A stretch of 64,000 bases of DNA from an uncultured Candidatus Rokubacteria bacterium (GTDB taxonomy: Bacteria > Methylomirabilota > Methylomirabilia > Rokubacteriales > CSP1-6). The stretch is from NCBI GenBank assembly GCA_963789955.1, contig CAWBMV010000022.1:192001-256000 (forward strand), given 5' to 3'. The translations under genes and the position numbers were made by a program. Shown piece by piece: positions 29,957 to 40,533 of this stretch. Position 1 is the first letter of the stretch. Each line of letters starts with the position of its first letter. The notes below the pieces were generated by a model, which saw nothing but the letters and a program-made list of their open reading frames with translations, searched no databases and was not told the origin of the DNA.

Positions 29957-30637
29957 ATGAGCACGACGAAAACTCCGTTGTCGCAGATCATCGCCCTCAG
30001 CGATCTGCCGTGGCAGGAGCGCCAGCCCGGCGTTCGCGGCAAGAGCATCTGGGAGCACGCCGAGAGCAAGCGCCGGGCCGCCATGACCCGGATCGCGCCG
30101 GGCGCCCAGCTGCCGCTTCATCGGCACGTCGGCGACGAGCTCGTGTTCGTCATCGAGGGCGCCATCTCGGACGAGTTCGGTACGATCACGGCCGGGAACA
30201 TGGGCTATCGCCCGAACGGCTGTGTCCACACCGTGTCGGCGCCGAACGGCGCGACGGTCCTGGCGATCATCACCGGGGGCGTGGAGCCGCTCGCGCAGCG
30301 GAGCAGCGGGCCCGCGTCCCAGGTCTTCGCGGTGAGCGAGCTGCCGTGGATCGAGGCGCGGCCGGGTGTGCGCCAGAAGCGGATCTGGGAGGACAAGACC
30401 GGCACCCCGGAGCGGCGCGCGATCATTGCCCAGTTCGAGCCCGGCGCCCAGCTGCCGCTGCACCGCCACGTGGGCGACGAGCTCATCTTCGTCATCGAGG
30501 GCGCGAACGCCGACGAATCGGGACCGGTGGCCACCGGCAACATGAACTACCGCCCGAACGGTTGCGTGCACTCGGTGACGACGAAGAACGGCGCCACGGT
30601 CCTGGCCGTCGTGTGGGGTCGGACCGAGCCGGTCTAG
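29957..30637 (+). CDS. Tandem bicupin (ChrR-like)
   Basis: Two near-identical halves, each PGAQLPLHRHVGDEL.FVIEGA...YRPNGCVH. Confidence 0.85.
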   Translation: MSTTKTPLSQIIALSDLPWQERQPGVRGKSIWEHAESKRRAAMTRIAPGAQLPLHRHVGDELVFVIEGAISDEFGTITAGNMGYRPNGCVHTVSAPNGATVLAIITGGVEPLAQRSSGPASQVFAVSELPWIEARPGVRQKRIWEDKTGTPERRAIIAQFEPGAQLPLHRHVGDELIFVIEGANADESGPVATGNMNYRPNGCVHSVTTKNGATVLAVVWGRTEPV

Positions 30638-30646
30638 GGCGCGGCC

Positions 30647-32184
30647 ATGCGCCGTTCGCTACCGCTGCTCGTGCTGTCTCATCGTGCTGGCCGTCGCGCC
30701 GCCCGCCGGCGCGGCGCCGGACGCCCCGCGGGGCAGATGACGTGGGCGGCGCACATCACGCTTGGCGCCCACATGGTTCGACCCGGCCGAGACGCCGGGG
30801 ATCGGCACGCCGTTCATGATCCTCTACGCGCTCCACGACGCGCTGGTGAAGCCGATGCCCGGCAACCCCATGGCCCCGAGCCTGGCCGAGTCGTGGAGCC
30901 TCTCGAAGGACGGCCTCGCCTATGAATTCGTGCTGCGTCAAGGGGCCAGGTTCCACAACGGCGATCCCGTCACGTCCGAGGACGTGAAGTTCTCGTTCGA
31001 GCGGTATCGGGGCGCCGCGTCCAAGCTCTTGCACGAGCGCGTGCCGGTCGGTGGAGGTCGTCGATCCGCACCGGGTTCGCTTCAAGCTCAAGGAGCCGTG
31101 GCCCGACTTCATGACCTACTACGGCAGCCTCACCACCGGAGCCGGCTGGGTCGTGCCCAAGAAATACCTCGAGAAGGTCGGCGACGACGGCTTCAAGAAG
31201 GCGCCGATCGGCGCCGGCCCCTATCGCTTCGTCGCGTTCAACCCGGGCATCGAGCTGGTGCTGGAGGCTCACGAGCAGTACTGGAGGAAGGTCCCGAGCG
31301 TGAAGCGCCTGGTCATCAAGTCCGTTCAGGACGAGGCCACGCGCCTGGCGATGCTCAAGCGCGGCGAGGCCGACGTCATCTACCTGCTCCAGGGTGAGCT
31401 CGCCGAGGAAGTCCGGCGGACGCCAGGGCTCACGCTCAAGCCGACGCCCATCGTGTCGACGCACTGGCTGGTGTTCCTCGACCAGTGGGATCCGAAGTCC
31501 CCGTGGGCCGACCGGCGGGTGCGACTGGCCGCCAACCACGCGATGAATCGCCAGGCCGTCAACGAGGCCCTCACGCTCGGGTTCTCGCGGATCACCTGGA
31601 GCATCATTCCCGCGAGCTTCGATTTCTTCTGGCAGCCGCCGGCCTATCCGTTCGATCCGGCCCGGGCGAAGCAGCTTCTCGCCGAGGCGGGCTATCCCAA
31701 CGGGTTCGACGCGGGTGATTTCTGGTGCGAGCCTCCGACCGCCACGATGAGCGAGGCGCTGATGGGCTATCTGCAGGCGGTCGGTATCCGCGTGAAGCTC
31801 CGTCCGCTCGAGCGCGCCGCCTTCTTCAAGGCCTACCAGGAGAAGAAGCTGAAGAATCTGGCCTACAGCATCAGCGGCGCCTTCGGTAACGCGGCCACGC
31901 GGCTCGAGGTGTTCACGGTTGGCGGAGGACCGTACGTCTACGGGAGCTACTCCGACATCGACGGGCTCTTTCGCGAGCAGGCCGGCGAGCTCGATCGCAA
32001 GCGCCGCGAAGCGACCCTGCACCGGATCCAGCAGCTCATGCACGAGAAGGCCATGTATGCGCCGGTCTGGGAGCTCGGCTTCATCCACGCGCACGGTCCG
32101 CGTGTGGCCGAGTCGGGTCTCGGTCTCATCACCGGCTGGGCGTTCTCGGCGCCCTACGAGGACGTGAAGCTCAAGACCAAATAA
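30647..32184 (+). CDS. ABC substrate-binding protein, family 5 (paralog 2, frameshifted)
   Basis: Same motifs as paralog 1 spread over three frames; ends FSAPYEDVKLKTK. Confidence 0.88.
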
Positions 32185-32210
32185 CAACTCAACCCAGGGA
32201 GGCTTCCGTC

Positions 32211-33756
32211 ATGACACATGTTCGAGGCCTCTTCGCTTCGTTGCTCGTCCTCGCGATCACGACCGTCGGCGCCACACCGCGCGCCGCGGCGATTGATGCG
32301 CCGGCCGGTCAGATGACCTGGGCCGTTCACATCTCGCTCGCTCCGACGTGGTTCGATCCGGCCGAGACCTCCGGGATCATCACGCCCTTCATGGTGCTCT
32401 ACGCGTTGCACGACGCCGTGCTGAAGCCGTTGCCGGGCAACGCCATGACGCCGAGCCTCGCCGAGTCGTGGAGCATGACGCCCGACGGGCTCGTCTACGA
32501 GTTCGTCTTGCGGAAGAGCGCGCGGTTCCACAACGGCGAGCCGGTCACCGCCGAGGACGTGAAGTTTTCGTTCGAGCGCTACCGCGGGGCCTCCGCCAAG
32601 CCGCTCAAGGACAGCGTCGCCGCGGTCGAGACGCCGGATCCCGGACGGGTTCGCTTTCGCCTCAAGCGGCCGTGGCCCGACTTCATGACGTTCTACGTGG
32701 GCGCGACCGGCGCCAGCTGGATCGTGCCCAAGAAGTATGTCGAGAAGGTCGGCGACGAAGGATTCAAGAAAGCGCCGATCGGCGCCGGGCCATACCGGTT
32801 CGTCTCGTTCACCCCGGGTGTCGAGCTCGTCGTCGACGCGTTCGAACAGTACTGGCGCAAGACGCCGAACGTGAAGCGCCTTGTCTTGAGATCGATTCCC
32901 GACGAGGCCACGCGCCTGGCGAGCTCTGAAGCGTGGCGAGGTCGACATCGCCTACGCGATCCGCGGCGCCCTCGCCGAGGAGATCAGACGCAGCGCGGGC
33001 CTGACCCTGAAGCCGAACGTCGGTCAGGCCACTTTCTGGGTCAATTTCCCCGACCAGTGGGATCCGAAATCACCGTGGCACGATCGGCGCGTGCGCCTGG
33101 CCGCCAGCTACGCCATCGACCGGCAGGCGATGAATCAGGCCGATTCCCTGGGCTTCTCTCGGATCACCTGGAGCATCGTTCCCTCGAGCTTCGAGTTCTA
33201 CTGGCAGCCGCCCGGCTATTCGTACGATCCCGCCAAGGCCAGGCAGCTCTTGGCCGAGGCCGGCTACCCGAACGGCTTCGACGCCGGCGACTACTTCTGC
33301 GACGCCGCGATCGCGTACGTCGGCGAGCCCGTCGTCAACTACCTGAACTCGGCCGGCATCCGCGTGAGACTCCGACCGATCGAGCGCGTGGCCTTTTTCA
33401 GGGGCTGGGCAGAGCGGAAGTTCAAGGGCCTCATCCAGGGCGGCAGCGGCGCCTTCGGCAATGCCGCAACGCGAATCGAAGCGTTCGTCGCCGCGGGCGG
33501 CACCTACGTCTACGGAAGCTATGCCGACATCGACGGGCTCTTCCTGGAGCAGGCGAGCGATCTCGACCCGAAGCGGCGCGAGGCCACCTTGCACCGCATC
33601 CAGCAGCTCATCCACGACAAGGCCATGATCGCGCCGATCTGGCTGAACGCCGGGCTCGGTGGTCTGGGGCCACGAGTCGAGGAGTCGGGGATCGGGCTCA
33701 TCGCCGGCTATGCGTTCTCGGCGCCGTACGAGGACGTGAAGCTCAAGAGCCGGTGA
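32211..33756 (+). CDS. ABC substrate-binding protein, family 5 (paralog 3, frameshift near 32925)
   Basis: Same motifs; ends FSAPYEDVKLKSR. Confidence 0.88.
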
Positions 33757-33784
33757 CCGGGCGGGCGTGAGATGATTTGCCCCC

Positions 33785-33976
33785 ATGGACCGTGAGGGCC
33801 AGCGCGCCGAGTACGCCGCGTACCTCCGTGCCGCCGCCGAGCGGCGGTTCGGAGCCGCGCGCGCCCAGGAGCTCGCGCGGGCGATCGAGGACGTCGCGGG
33901 CTGGATGACCGAGCTAGCGACGTTCCCCGTCGGCGACGACGAGCAGCCGGCCTTCTACGGTGAGCCCGCCTCATGA
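33785..33976 (+). CDS. Small protein, possible amidase accessory subunit
   Basis: 63 aa, likely helical; stop codon overlaps the amidase ATG (ATGA). Confidence 0.6.
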   Translation: MDREGQRAEYAAYLRAAAERRFGAARAQELARAIEDVAGWMTELATFPVGDDEQPAFYGEPAS

Positions 33977-35317
33977 GCCTGCACACCCTGGACGCCATCG
34001 ACGCCGCGCGGGCGATCCGCGAGAAGGTGCTGTCGCCCGTGGACCTGGTCGAGGCCCTGCTCGAGCGCATCGAGCGGATCGACGATCGACTGCAGGCGTG
34101 GGTGCTCGTCGACCACGACGGCGCCCGGCGTGCGGCACGGCAGGCCGCCGACGAGGCCGCGCGCGGCACGTTCCGCGGTCCGCTGCACGGCGTACCCTTC
34201 GGCGCCAAGGACATCTTCTACAGCGCCGGGCTTCGCACCGAGGCCGGCTCGAAGACGATGGTCGGCTTCGTCCCCGACCACGACGCGACCTCGGTGGCGC
34301 GACTCAAGGCGGCCGGCGCGATCCTGCTCGGCAAGCTCCACACCACGGAGTTCGCGACCTCCGATCCGGCGCCCACGCGCAATCCGTGGAACGTCGCCTG
34401 CACGCCGGGCGGCTCGTCGAGCGGCTCGGCCGCCGCCGTCGCCGCGCGGATGGTGCCGCTGGCGCTCGGCACCCAGACGATCGGCTCGAATGTGCGCCCC
34501 GCGTCCTATTGCGGGCTCGTGGGTCTCAAGCCGACGTTCGGCCGTATCAGCACGCGCGGCGTGATGCCGCTGAGCTACAGCCAGGATCACGTCGGGCTCA
34601 TGGCCCGGAGCGTGGAGGACATCGCGCTCGGGCTCTCGATCACCGCCGGCCACGATCCCGAGGACGCGAGCTCGTCGCGCGCGCCGGTGCCCGACTATCT
34701 GGCGGCGCTGACGTCGCGGCGCGCGCCGCGCGTCGGCCTCCTGCGCGAATTCTTCGAGCGCGCGACGCCGGAGGTCGCCGACACCACCGGCGCAGGTGGT
34801 CAACCGGCTCGCCCGGGCCGGCGCGGACATCGATGACGCCAAGCTGCCGCCGACGTTTCGCGCCGTGGCCGCCGCCGCGTACGTGATCATGCGCAGCGAG
34901 ACCGCGAGCGTCCACGCCGAGCGCTTCGCCCTGAAGGCGGATCTCTATCGGCCGGCGATCCGGAGCTCGATCGAGATGGGCATGCTGATTCCCGGCGATC
35001 TGTACGTGCGCGCGCTGAGGATCCGGCGCCAGTTCCGCCGGGAGATGAGCCCCCTGCTGGAGCGCTACGACGTGCTGCTGACGCCGACCACGCCGACGCC
35101 TGCTCCCGAGGGCATGGCGACCGGCGATGCGAGCTTCCAGCTGCCGTGGTCGATCTCGGGATTGCCGTCGATCACGGTGCCCTGCGGCCTGACGACATCA
35201 GGCTTGCCGCTGGGCATTCAGCTCGTGAGCGGCGCGTTCACCGAAGCGCCGCTGCTCTCGGCGGCGGCGTGGTGCGAGGACGTGCTCGGTCGCGCGTCGG
35301 CGCCGCCGAGCCTCTAG
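33973..35317 (+). CDS. Amidase signature family protein (frameshift near 34790)
   Basis: GPLHGVPFGAKD, PGGSSSGS, GTQTIGS, GLPLGIQL. Confidence 0.9.
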
Positions 35318-36738
35318 CGGGGGCGTTCCGGCGGGCGGTTCAGGAAGCGCGTGTCGGCACGCGGCGAGGACACGCCCATCGGGATCGGCCCGGTATCCGC
35401 ATCCGACCGAGGCACCCCCAGCAGCCCATCCAGGCACTCGTCGACCTCGCGCCGGAGCTCGCGCACTCGATCCCTGATCTGCTCGCGCACACTCGCGGCG
35501 TTCTGGGCGAGCGACGTGAAGCGCGCGGTCAGCGAGTCCATCTCCATGTGATCGATCGACACGCGGTACGCGGACAGGCCCATGGCGGCCATCAGATCGT
35601 CGGTCTTCGGCTGGGAGGAAAGCACGAGCACCGGCGTGCCGGCGCGGAGCGCCATCACCAGCGCGTGGAACCGCGTCGCGATGACCAGATCGACCGCGGC
35701 GATGGTCGCGGCGAGGCTCTCAACGTCGGTGACCTGGGCGTGGAGCAGCTGCGTCGCGGGCAGGCGGATGCCCTTGGCCTCGAGCGTCGCCGTCAGATCG
35801 CGGATCACGCGAGGGTCGGCACGGAGCTGCGTGGGGAACAGGTGCACGACGTAACGATGGCGGCCAAGCCACCCGATGAACTCGGCGGTGTGGTCGAGAT
35901 ACCCGCGATAGATCGCCGGGTCGGCGTCCGGCCAGTAGAACGGCGCGTGATAGGGGAAGATATTGAGTCCGATGACGCGCGGAGGATCCGACGGCCTGCG
36001 GATGACGGCCGGCGCCGTCGCGGCCTCGAGATCGAACACGACGTCGGCGGCGACGACGCTCGGCCGCCGGACGCCGAGCTCATCGACGATCCGTCGTGAG
36101 CGCTCGTCCCGCAGCGACCGATGATCGGCCAGCGACAGGGCAGTTTTCAGGAAAGTGCGACTGAGGCTCGCCGTGATCGAGCCCGCACCGACGCACAGGA
36201 AGCCCACCCTCGCGCCCGCCAGCTTGGCGGCCAGAACCCAGATCAGGAGACGGTAGGGGAAGTTCCACGGGCCGGAGAACTGGTCGCTGATCTGCCCGCT
36301 GCCGCCGACGATCAAGAGGTCGACTCCGCTCATGGCCGCGCGACACGCGAGCGGGAAGATCACCTCGTCGGCGGCCGCGCCGAACCAGACCAGCAAGTCG
36401 AGTGGCCCGCGGACGATCGACGCGAACGGCCGCAGGGCGTTTCGCAGCCAGATCGACAGGCGTGAGCGCTGAGGGGCCGAGGCCTCGGCGGGGCGTGGCT
36501 TCCGGTTGCGGCCCCAGGCCGCCAGCGCCGTCACGCCGTGCCGAGTCCTCGTGTCGTCCGGGTTGACGGACAGAGCGATGATCTTCGAATTGGGTCGGCG
36601 CCGCCTGACTTGCTTGATGATCGCGGTCAGTGTGGCTTCATCGCCGATATTGGAGTTACCGTAGTTGCCGAGCACCGCGACCGCACCATTCGTCGCTTGA
36701 TCGGAGTGTCGCGAGAGGTTACGAAGTAGTGGAATCAT
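35314..36738 (-). CDS. Polysaccharide pyruvyl transferase family protein
   Basis: GNYGNSNIGDEA, VGGSG, SLRDERS, ATRFHA. Confidence 0.85.
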   Translation of the reverse strand: MIPLLRNLSRHSDQATNGAVAVLGNYGNSNIGDEATLTAIIKQVRRRRPNSKIIALSVNPDDTRTRHGVTALAAWGRNRKPRPAEASAPQRSRLSIWLRNALRPFASIVRGPLDLLVWFGAAADEVIFPLACRAAMSGVDLLIVGGSGQISDQFSGPWNFPYRLLIWVLAAKLAGARVGFLCVGAGSITASLSRTFLKTALSLADHRSLRDERSRRIVDELGVRRPSVVAADVVFDLEAATAPAVIRRPSDPPRVIGLNIFPYHAPFYWPDADPAIYRGYLDHTAEFIGWLGRHRYVVHLFPTQLRADPRVIRDLTATLEAKGIRLPATQLLHAQVTDVESLAATIAAVDLVIATRFHALVMALRAGTPVLVLSSQPKTDDLMAAMGLSAYRVSIDHMEMDSLTARFTSLAQNAASVREQIRDRVRELRREVDECLDGLLGVPRSDADTGPIPMGVSSPRADTRFLNRPPERPR

Positions 36739-36866
36739 GACGAGGCCACCACTATCGATGCTATGACGCAGGTCCGCCCGTGGACGAAGGAAAAATGAAC
36801 GATTCCGGAAGCTTGGGATACGAGGCGGTGAGGATCTTTCCGGATACCGCAGAAGAGGAGGACGAC

Positions 36867-37112
36867 ATGAGCGAGTCTCTCGGGCAGGCGGTCGAGTTAC
36901 TGGCGGCGGGCGAGTGGAAGAAGGCGCACGAGATCGTCCAGAAGGAGAAGTCGACCCTCGCGGCGTGGATTCACGGCATCGTGCACATCCTCGAGGGTGA
37001 TCTCGACAACGCGCGCGGCTGGTACAAGCGTGCCGAGCGAGAATTCCCGGGCGCGAACGCGGCGCCGACCGAAATCGCCGAGGCCCGCCGGGCTGTCGCG
37101 AGCGGTGTATAG
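36867..37112 (+). CDS. Small helical hypothetical protein
   Basis: RBS GAGGAGG; WKKAHEIVQ...HGIVHILEGDLDNARGWY. Confidence 0.7.
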   Translation: MSESLGQAVELLAAGEWKKAHEIVQKEKSTLAAWIHGIVHILEGDLDNARGWYKRAEREFPGANAAPTEIAEARRAVASGV

Positions 37113-37151
37113 TCTGGGCGTTTCACGAGCCGAATCTTCGGAATCATAGGC

Positions 37152-37200
37152 GCGCCTCGGCGGGCGGGGCCCCAGCCCCGCGACCGCCTGCAGCGCGCAC
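37152..37200 (-). repeat. Dispersed GC-rich hairpin repeat, copy 2
   Basis: Reverse complement matches 5629-5678. Confidence 0.75.
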
Positions 37201-37214
37201 TGCGGAGGTGGACC

Positions 37215-38225
37215 ATGACGGGTAAAGGGAACATTCTGGTCGGCACCGTCGGTCAGGGCGTCATGATGAGCGCCGACGACGGGGAGAGCTGGACGCGCGC
37301 CGGCGTGCGCCAGGGCATGCACTCCGATTGCATCGTGCGCATGCTGCGCGCGGATGCTCGGAGTCCCGAGGTCGTGTATGCCGGAACGGACTTCGGGCTC
37401 TACCGGAGCGACGACGGCGGCGCGACGTGGCGGCTGCTCGAGAACCCGATGAAGGGTTCGGTCGTCTGGAGCATGGGCATCGACCCGGTCGACCCGTCCG
37501 TGATGTTCGCCGGCACCGGCACGCCGAGCACGCCCGGCATCTTCCGATCGACCGACGGCGGCAAGAGCTGGGGCAAGCTGCGCGTGGACATCGCGGACGA
37601 GTGCCCGAACGTGGGCGTGCCGCGACCGACCGGCATCGCGGTCGACCCGACCAACGACCGGAACGTGTGGGTCGGGCTCGAGGTGGACGGCGTGCGCTAC
37701 AGCACCGACGGCGGCGAGACGTGGAGCAAGCTGAACGGCCAGATCCGAAACCAGGACGTTCACAACGTGCTCGTGGTCGAGGGCCCGCCGAAGACCGTGT
37801 TCACCGTGGTCAACGACGACATCTGGCGCAGCACCGACGACGGCAAGAGCTGGCAGGCCGCCCGCGCCCGCGAAATCTTCCCCTGGCACTATCCGCGCGG
37901 CATCGCCGTGAAGCCGGGTGATCCGCGCACCGTCTTCCTGACCCTCGGCGACTCCACGCCCGGCCGCATCGGCACGGTGGTCCGCTCGCGCGACGCCGGC
38001 GTGACGTGGGAGACGCTGAAATTCCCGGTGCCGCCGAACTCGGCGGTCTGGACGGTGACGATCTCGGAGGCGGCGCCCGACACGATGTTCGCGGCGAGCC
38101 GCTACGGCTATCTCTATCGCAGCGACGACGGCGGCGACTCCTGGCGCAAGCTCTGGCGGGAGTTCGGCGAGGTTTCTTCGATCCAGTGGGTTCCACGATC
38201 CTCAGCAAGGAGCGAGAGCGCATGA
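37215..38225 (+). CDS. BNR/Asp-box beta-propeller protein
   Basis: About seven S-x-D-x-G-x-(S/T)-W repeats; no signal peptide. Confidence 0.85.
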   Translation: MTGKGNILVGTVGQGVMMSADDGESWTRAGVRQGMHSDCIVRMLRADARSPEVVYAGTDFGLYRSDDGGATWRLLENPMKGSVVWSMGIDPVDPSVMFAGTGTPSTPGIFRSTDGGKSWGKLRVDIADECPNVGVPRPTGIAVDPTNDRNVWVGLEVDGVRYSTDGGETWSKLNGQIRNQDVHNVLVVEGPPKTVFTVVNDDIWRSTDDGKSWQAARAREIFPWHYPRGIAVKPGDPRTVFLTLGDSTPGRIGTVVRSRDAGVTWETLKFPVPPNSAVWTVTISEAAPDTMFAASRYGYLYRSDDGGDSWRKLWREFGEVSSIQWVPRSSARSESA

Positions 38226-39184
38226 AAGCGATCCGCGTCTCGGCGTACGGCGGCCCGTCGGTCCTCAAGATCGAGGAGATTCCCGCGCCCCAACCCGGCG
38301 CCACCCAGGTGCTGGTTCGCAATCACGCGGTCGGCGTGAATCCGGTCGATACCTATTTGCGCTCGAACACCGACAACCGCGGGCCGAAGCTTCCGTACAC
38401 GCCCGGCTCGGACTCGGCCGGCGTGGTCGAGGCCGTCGGCGATTCGGTGACCCGCGTGAAGAAGGGCGATCGCGTCTACGTGGGCGGCTCGATCTCGGGC
38501 GCGTACGCCGAGATGACGCTCTGCGAGCAGACGCAGGTCCACGAGCTGCCGGGGAACGTCAACTACGCCCAGGGCTCGGCGATGAACGTTCCGTACGCGA
38601 CCGCGTTTCATGCGTTGTTCCACCGAGCGCACGGCGAAGCCGGCGAATCGGTCCTGGTGCACGGGGCCAGCGGCGGCGTCGGCATCGCCTGCGTCCAGCT
38701 CGCGCGGGCGCGCGGCCTGACCGTGATCGGCACCGCGGGCACCGAGAAGGGGCGACGCATGGTGGCGGAGCAGGGCGCGCACCACGTCCTCGACCACAAC
38801 GCTCCGGGCTACCTCGACGAGGTCGTGAAGCTCACGGGCGGGCAGGGCGTCGACATCATCCTCGAGATGCTCGCGAACGTGAATCTCCAGAAAGACTTCG
38901 GCGCGCTCGCCATGCGCGGGCGCATCGCGGTGATCGGTAACCGCGGCTCCGTCGAGTTCAACGCGCGCCTGGCCATGAACAAGAACGCGGCGATCCTGGG
39001 CGTGGCGCTCTTCCACGCGTCACCGGTTCAGCTCGCCGGCATCCACGCAGCGCTCGTCGAAGGGCTGCGCAACGGCACCTTGCGGCCGATCATCCACCAG
39101 GAGCTGCCGCTGGCGCAGGCGCCGCGCGCGCACGAGGCGGTCATGGAGAACGGCCACCACGGCAAGATCGTGCTGGTGCCCTAG
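38222..39184 (+). CDS. NADPH:quinone reductase (zeta-crystallin MDR family)
   Basis: GVNPVD, LPYTPGSD, HGASGGVG, GKIVL. Confidence 0.9.
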   Translation: MKAIRVSAYGGPSVLKIEEIPAPQPGATQVLVRNHAVGVNPVDTYLRSNTDNRGPKLPYTPGSDSAGVVEAVGDSVTRVKKGDRVYVGGSISGAYAEMTLCEQTQVHELPGNVNYAQGSAMNVPYATAFHALFHRAHGEAGESVLVHGASGGVGIACVQLARARGLTVIGTAGTEKGRRMVAEQGAHHVLDHNAPGYLDEVVKLTGGQGVDIILEMLANVNLQKDFGALAMRGRIAVIGNRGSVEFNARLAMNKNAAILGVALFHASPVQLAGIHAALVEGLRNGTLRPIIHQELPLAQAPRAHEAVMENGHHGKIVLVP

Positions 39185-39243
39185 CGGCCGGCCGGGAAGG
39201 GCGACGGCGCACCTCGATCACGCGAAACAGCTTCAGAAGACGG

Positions 39244-39646
39244 TCAAGTAGCGCGGTCGCCGATCACCGCGACCGCCTGGATCTCGATCTCCATGCCCGG
39301 GCCGCGCGAAGTTCGTCACGGTGATCAGCGCGCTGCCCGGGTAGTGTCCGTCGGGGAACTTCTGCCGGCGGAGCTCGACGAAGCGGTCGCCGTGGCGCGG
39401 CTCCTTGATGAACACCGTCATCGTGACGAGGTTCGCGAGCGAGCCGCCCGCGCGCCGCAGGGTCTGATCGATCAGTGCGAACACGCGGTGCGTCTGCGCC
39501 TCGAAATCGCCTGAGATGTCCTTGCCGTCGCCGTCCACCGTCGCGGTCTGCCCGGCCAGCCAGACGATGCGCCCGCCCTCGGTGATGACGGCCGGCGAAT
39601 ACGCCCGGCTCTTCTGCGCGTCGGTCCCCTCGAGATATTGCGCCAT
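39244..39646 (-). CDS. RidA family protein (frameshift near 3' end)
   Basis: YSPAV, LAGQT, IEIQAVA in shifted frame. Confidence 0.85.
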
Positions 39647-39734
39647 GGCCGCTCCTTCCTGTGCGCGTCTGACTAGCGCCTATGAATATTTGATAGACTC
39701 GCGAGCGTCAATCCCGCGCACGAAGGAGTCTCAC

Positions 39735-40529
39735 ATGGACCTCGGCTTGAAGGGTCAGGCGGCGCTGGTCACCGGCGGCAGCAAGGGCATCGGCAAGGCG
39801 GTCGCGCGCGGTCTCGCCCAGGAAGGGGTTCGGGTCGCCATTTGCGCCAGGGACAAGGCGTCGCTCGACGAGGCCGCCCAGGAGCTCACCAAGGCGACGG
39901 GCGCCGAGGTGTTCCAGGTGGCCGGTGATCTGACGCGGCCCGACGACGTGCAGCGCATCGTCGACGCGACGGCGTCGCGCTTCGGCCGGATCGACGTGCT
40001 CGTCAACAACGCCGGCGCGGCGCCCGGCGGCGAGATCCTCGACCTGACCGAAGAGGACTGGCAGAAGGCGCTCCAGCTCAAGTTCATGGGCTACGTCCGG
40101 TGCATCAAGGCGGTGATCCCGCACATGCAGCGCCAGGGCGGCGGCCGCATCGTGAACATCGTCGGCAACGACGGCGTGAAGCCGATCGGGATCGAGCTCT
40201 CGCCGAGCGCGGCCAACGCCGCGGACCTGGCCATGACGGTCGCGCTGGCCGAGCAATACGGCCGGCAGAACATCCTGGTGAACGCGATCAACCCGGGGCC
40301 GGTGGCGACCGAGCGGTGGGGGCAGCTCATCAGCGGCATCGCGCGCATGCGAAAGATCAGTGTCGAGGAGGCGCAGGGTCGCGCCGAGCGCAGCATCCCG
40401 CTGGGCCGGATCTGCACGCCCGAGGAAGTCGCCAACGTCGCGGTCTTCGTCGCCTCACCGCGCGCCAGCTTCATGAACGGGGCGATCATCACGCTCGACG
40501 GCGGCCAGCGGAAGGCACTGCTCGACTGA
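39735..40529 (+). CDS. Atypical SDR oxidoreductase
   Basis: TGGSKGIG, VNNAG, NPGPVAT, DGG; lacks YxxxK. Confidence 0.88.
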   Translation: MDLGLKGQAALVTGGSKGIGKAVARGLAQEGVRVAICARDKASLDEAAQELTKATGAEVFQVAGDLTRPDDVQRIVDATASRFGRIDVLVNNAGAAPGGEILDLTEEDWQKALQLKFMGYVRCIKAVIPHMQRQGGGRIVNIVGNDGVKPIGIELSPSAANAADLAMTVALAEQYGRQNILVNAINPGPVATERWGQLISGIARMRKISVEEAQGRAERSIPLGRICTPEEVANVAVFVASPRASFMNGAIITLDGGQRKALLD

Positions 40530-40533
40530 CGGC

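Noticed and set aside
33973..35317. gatA/gatC assignment
   Set aside because: No gatB, and the catabolic context fits a generic amidase
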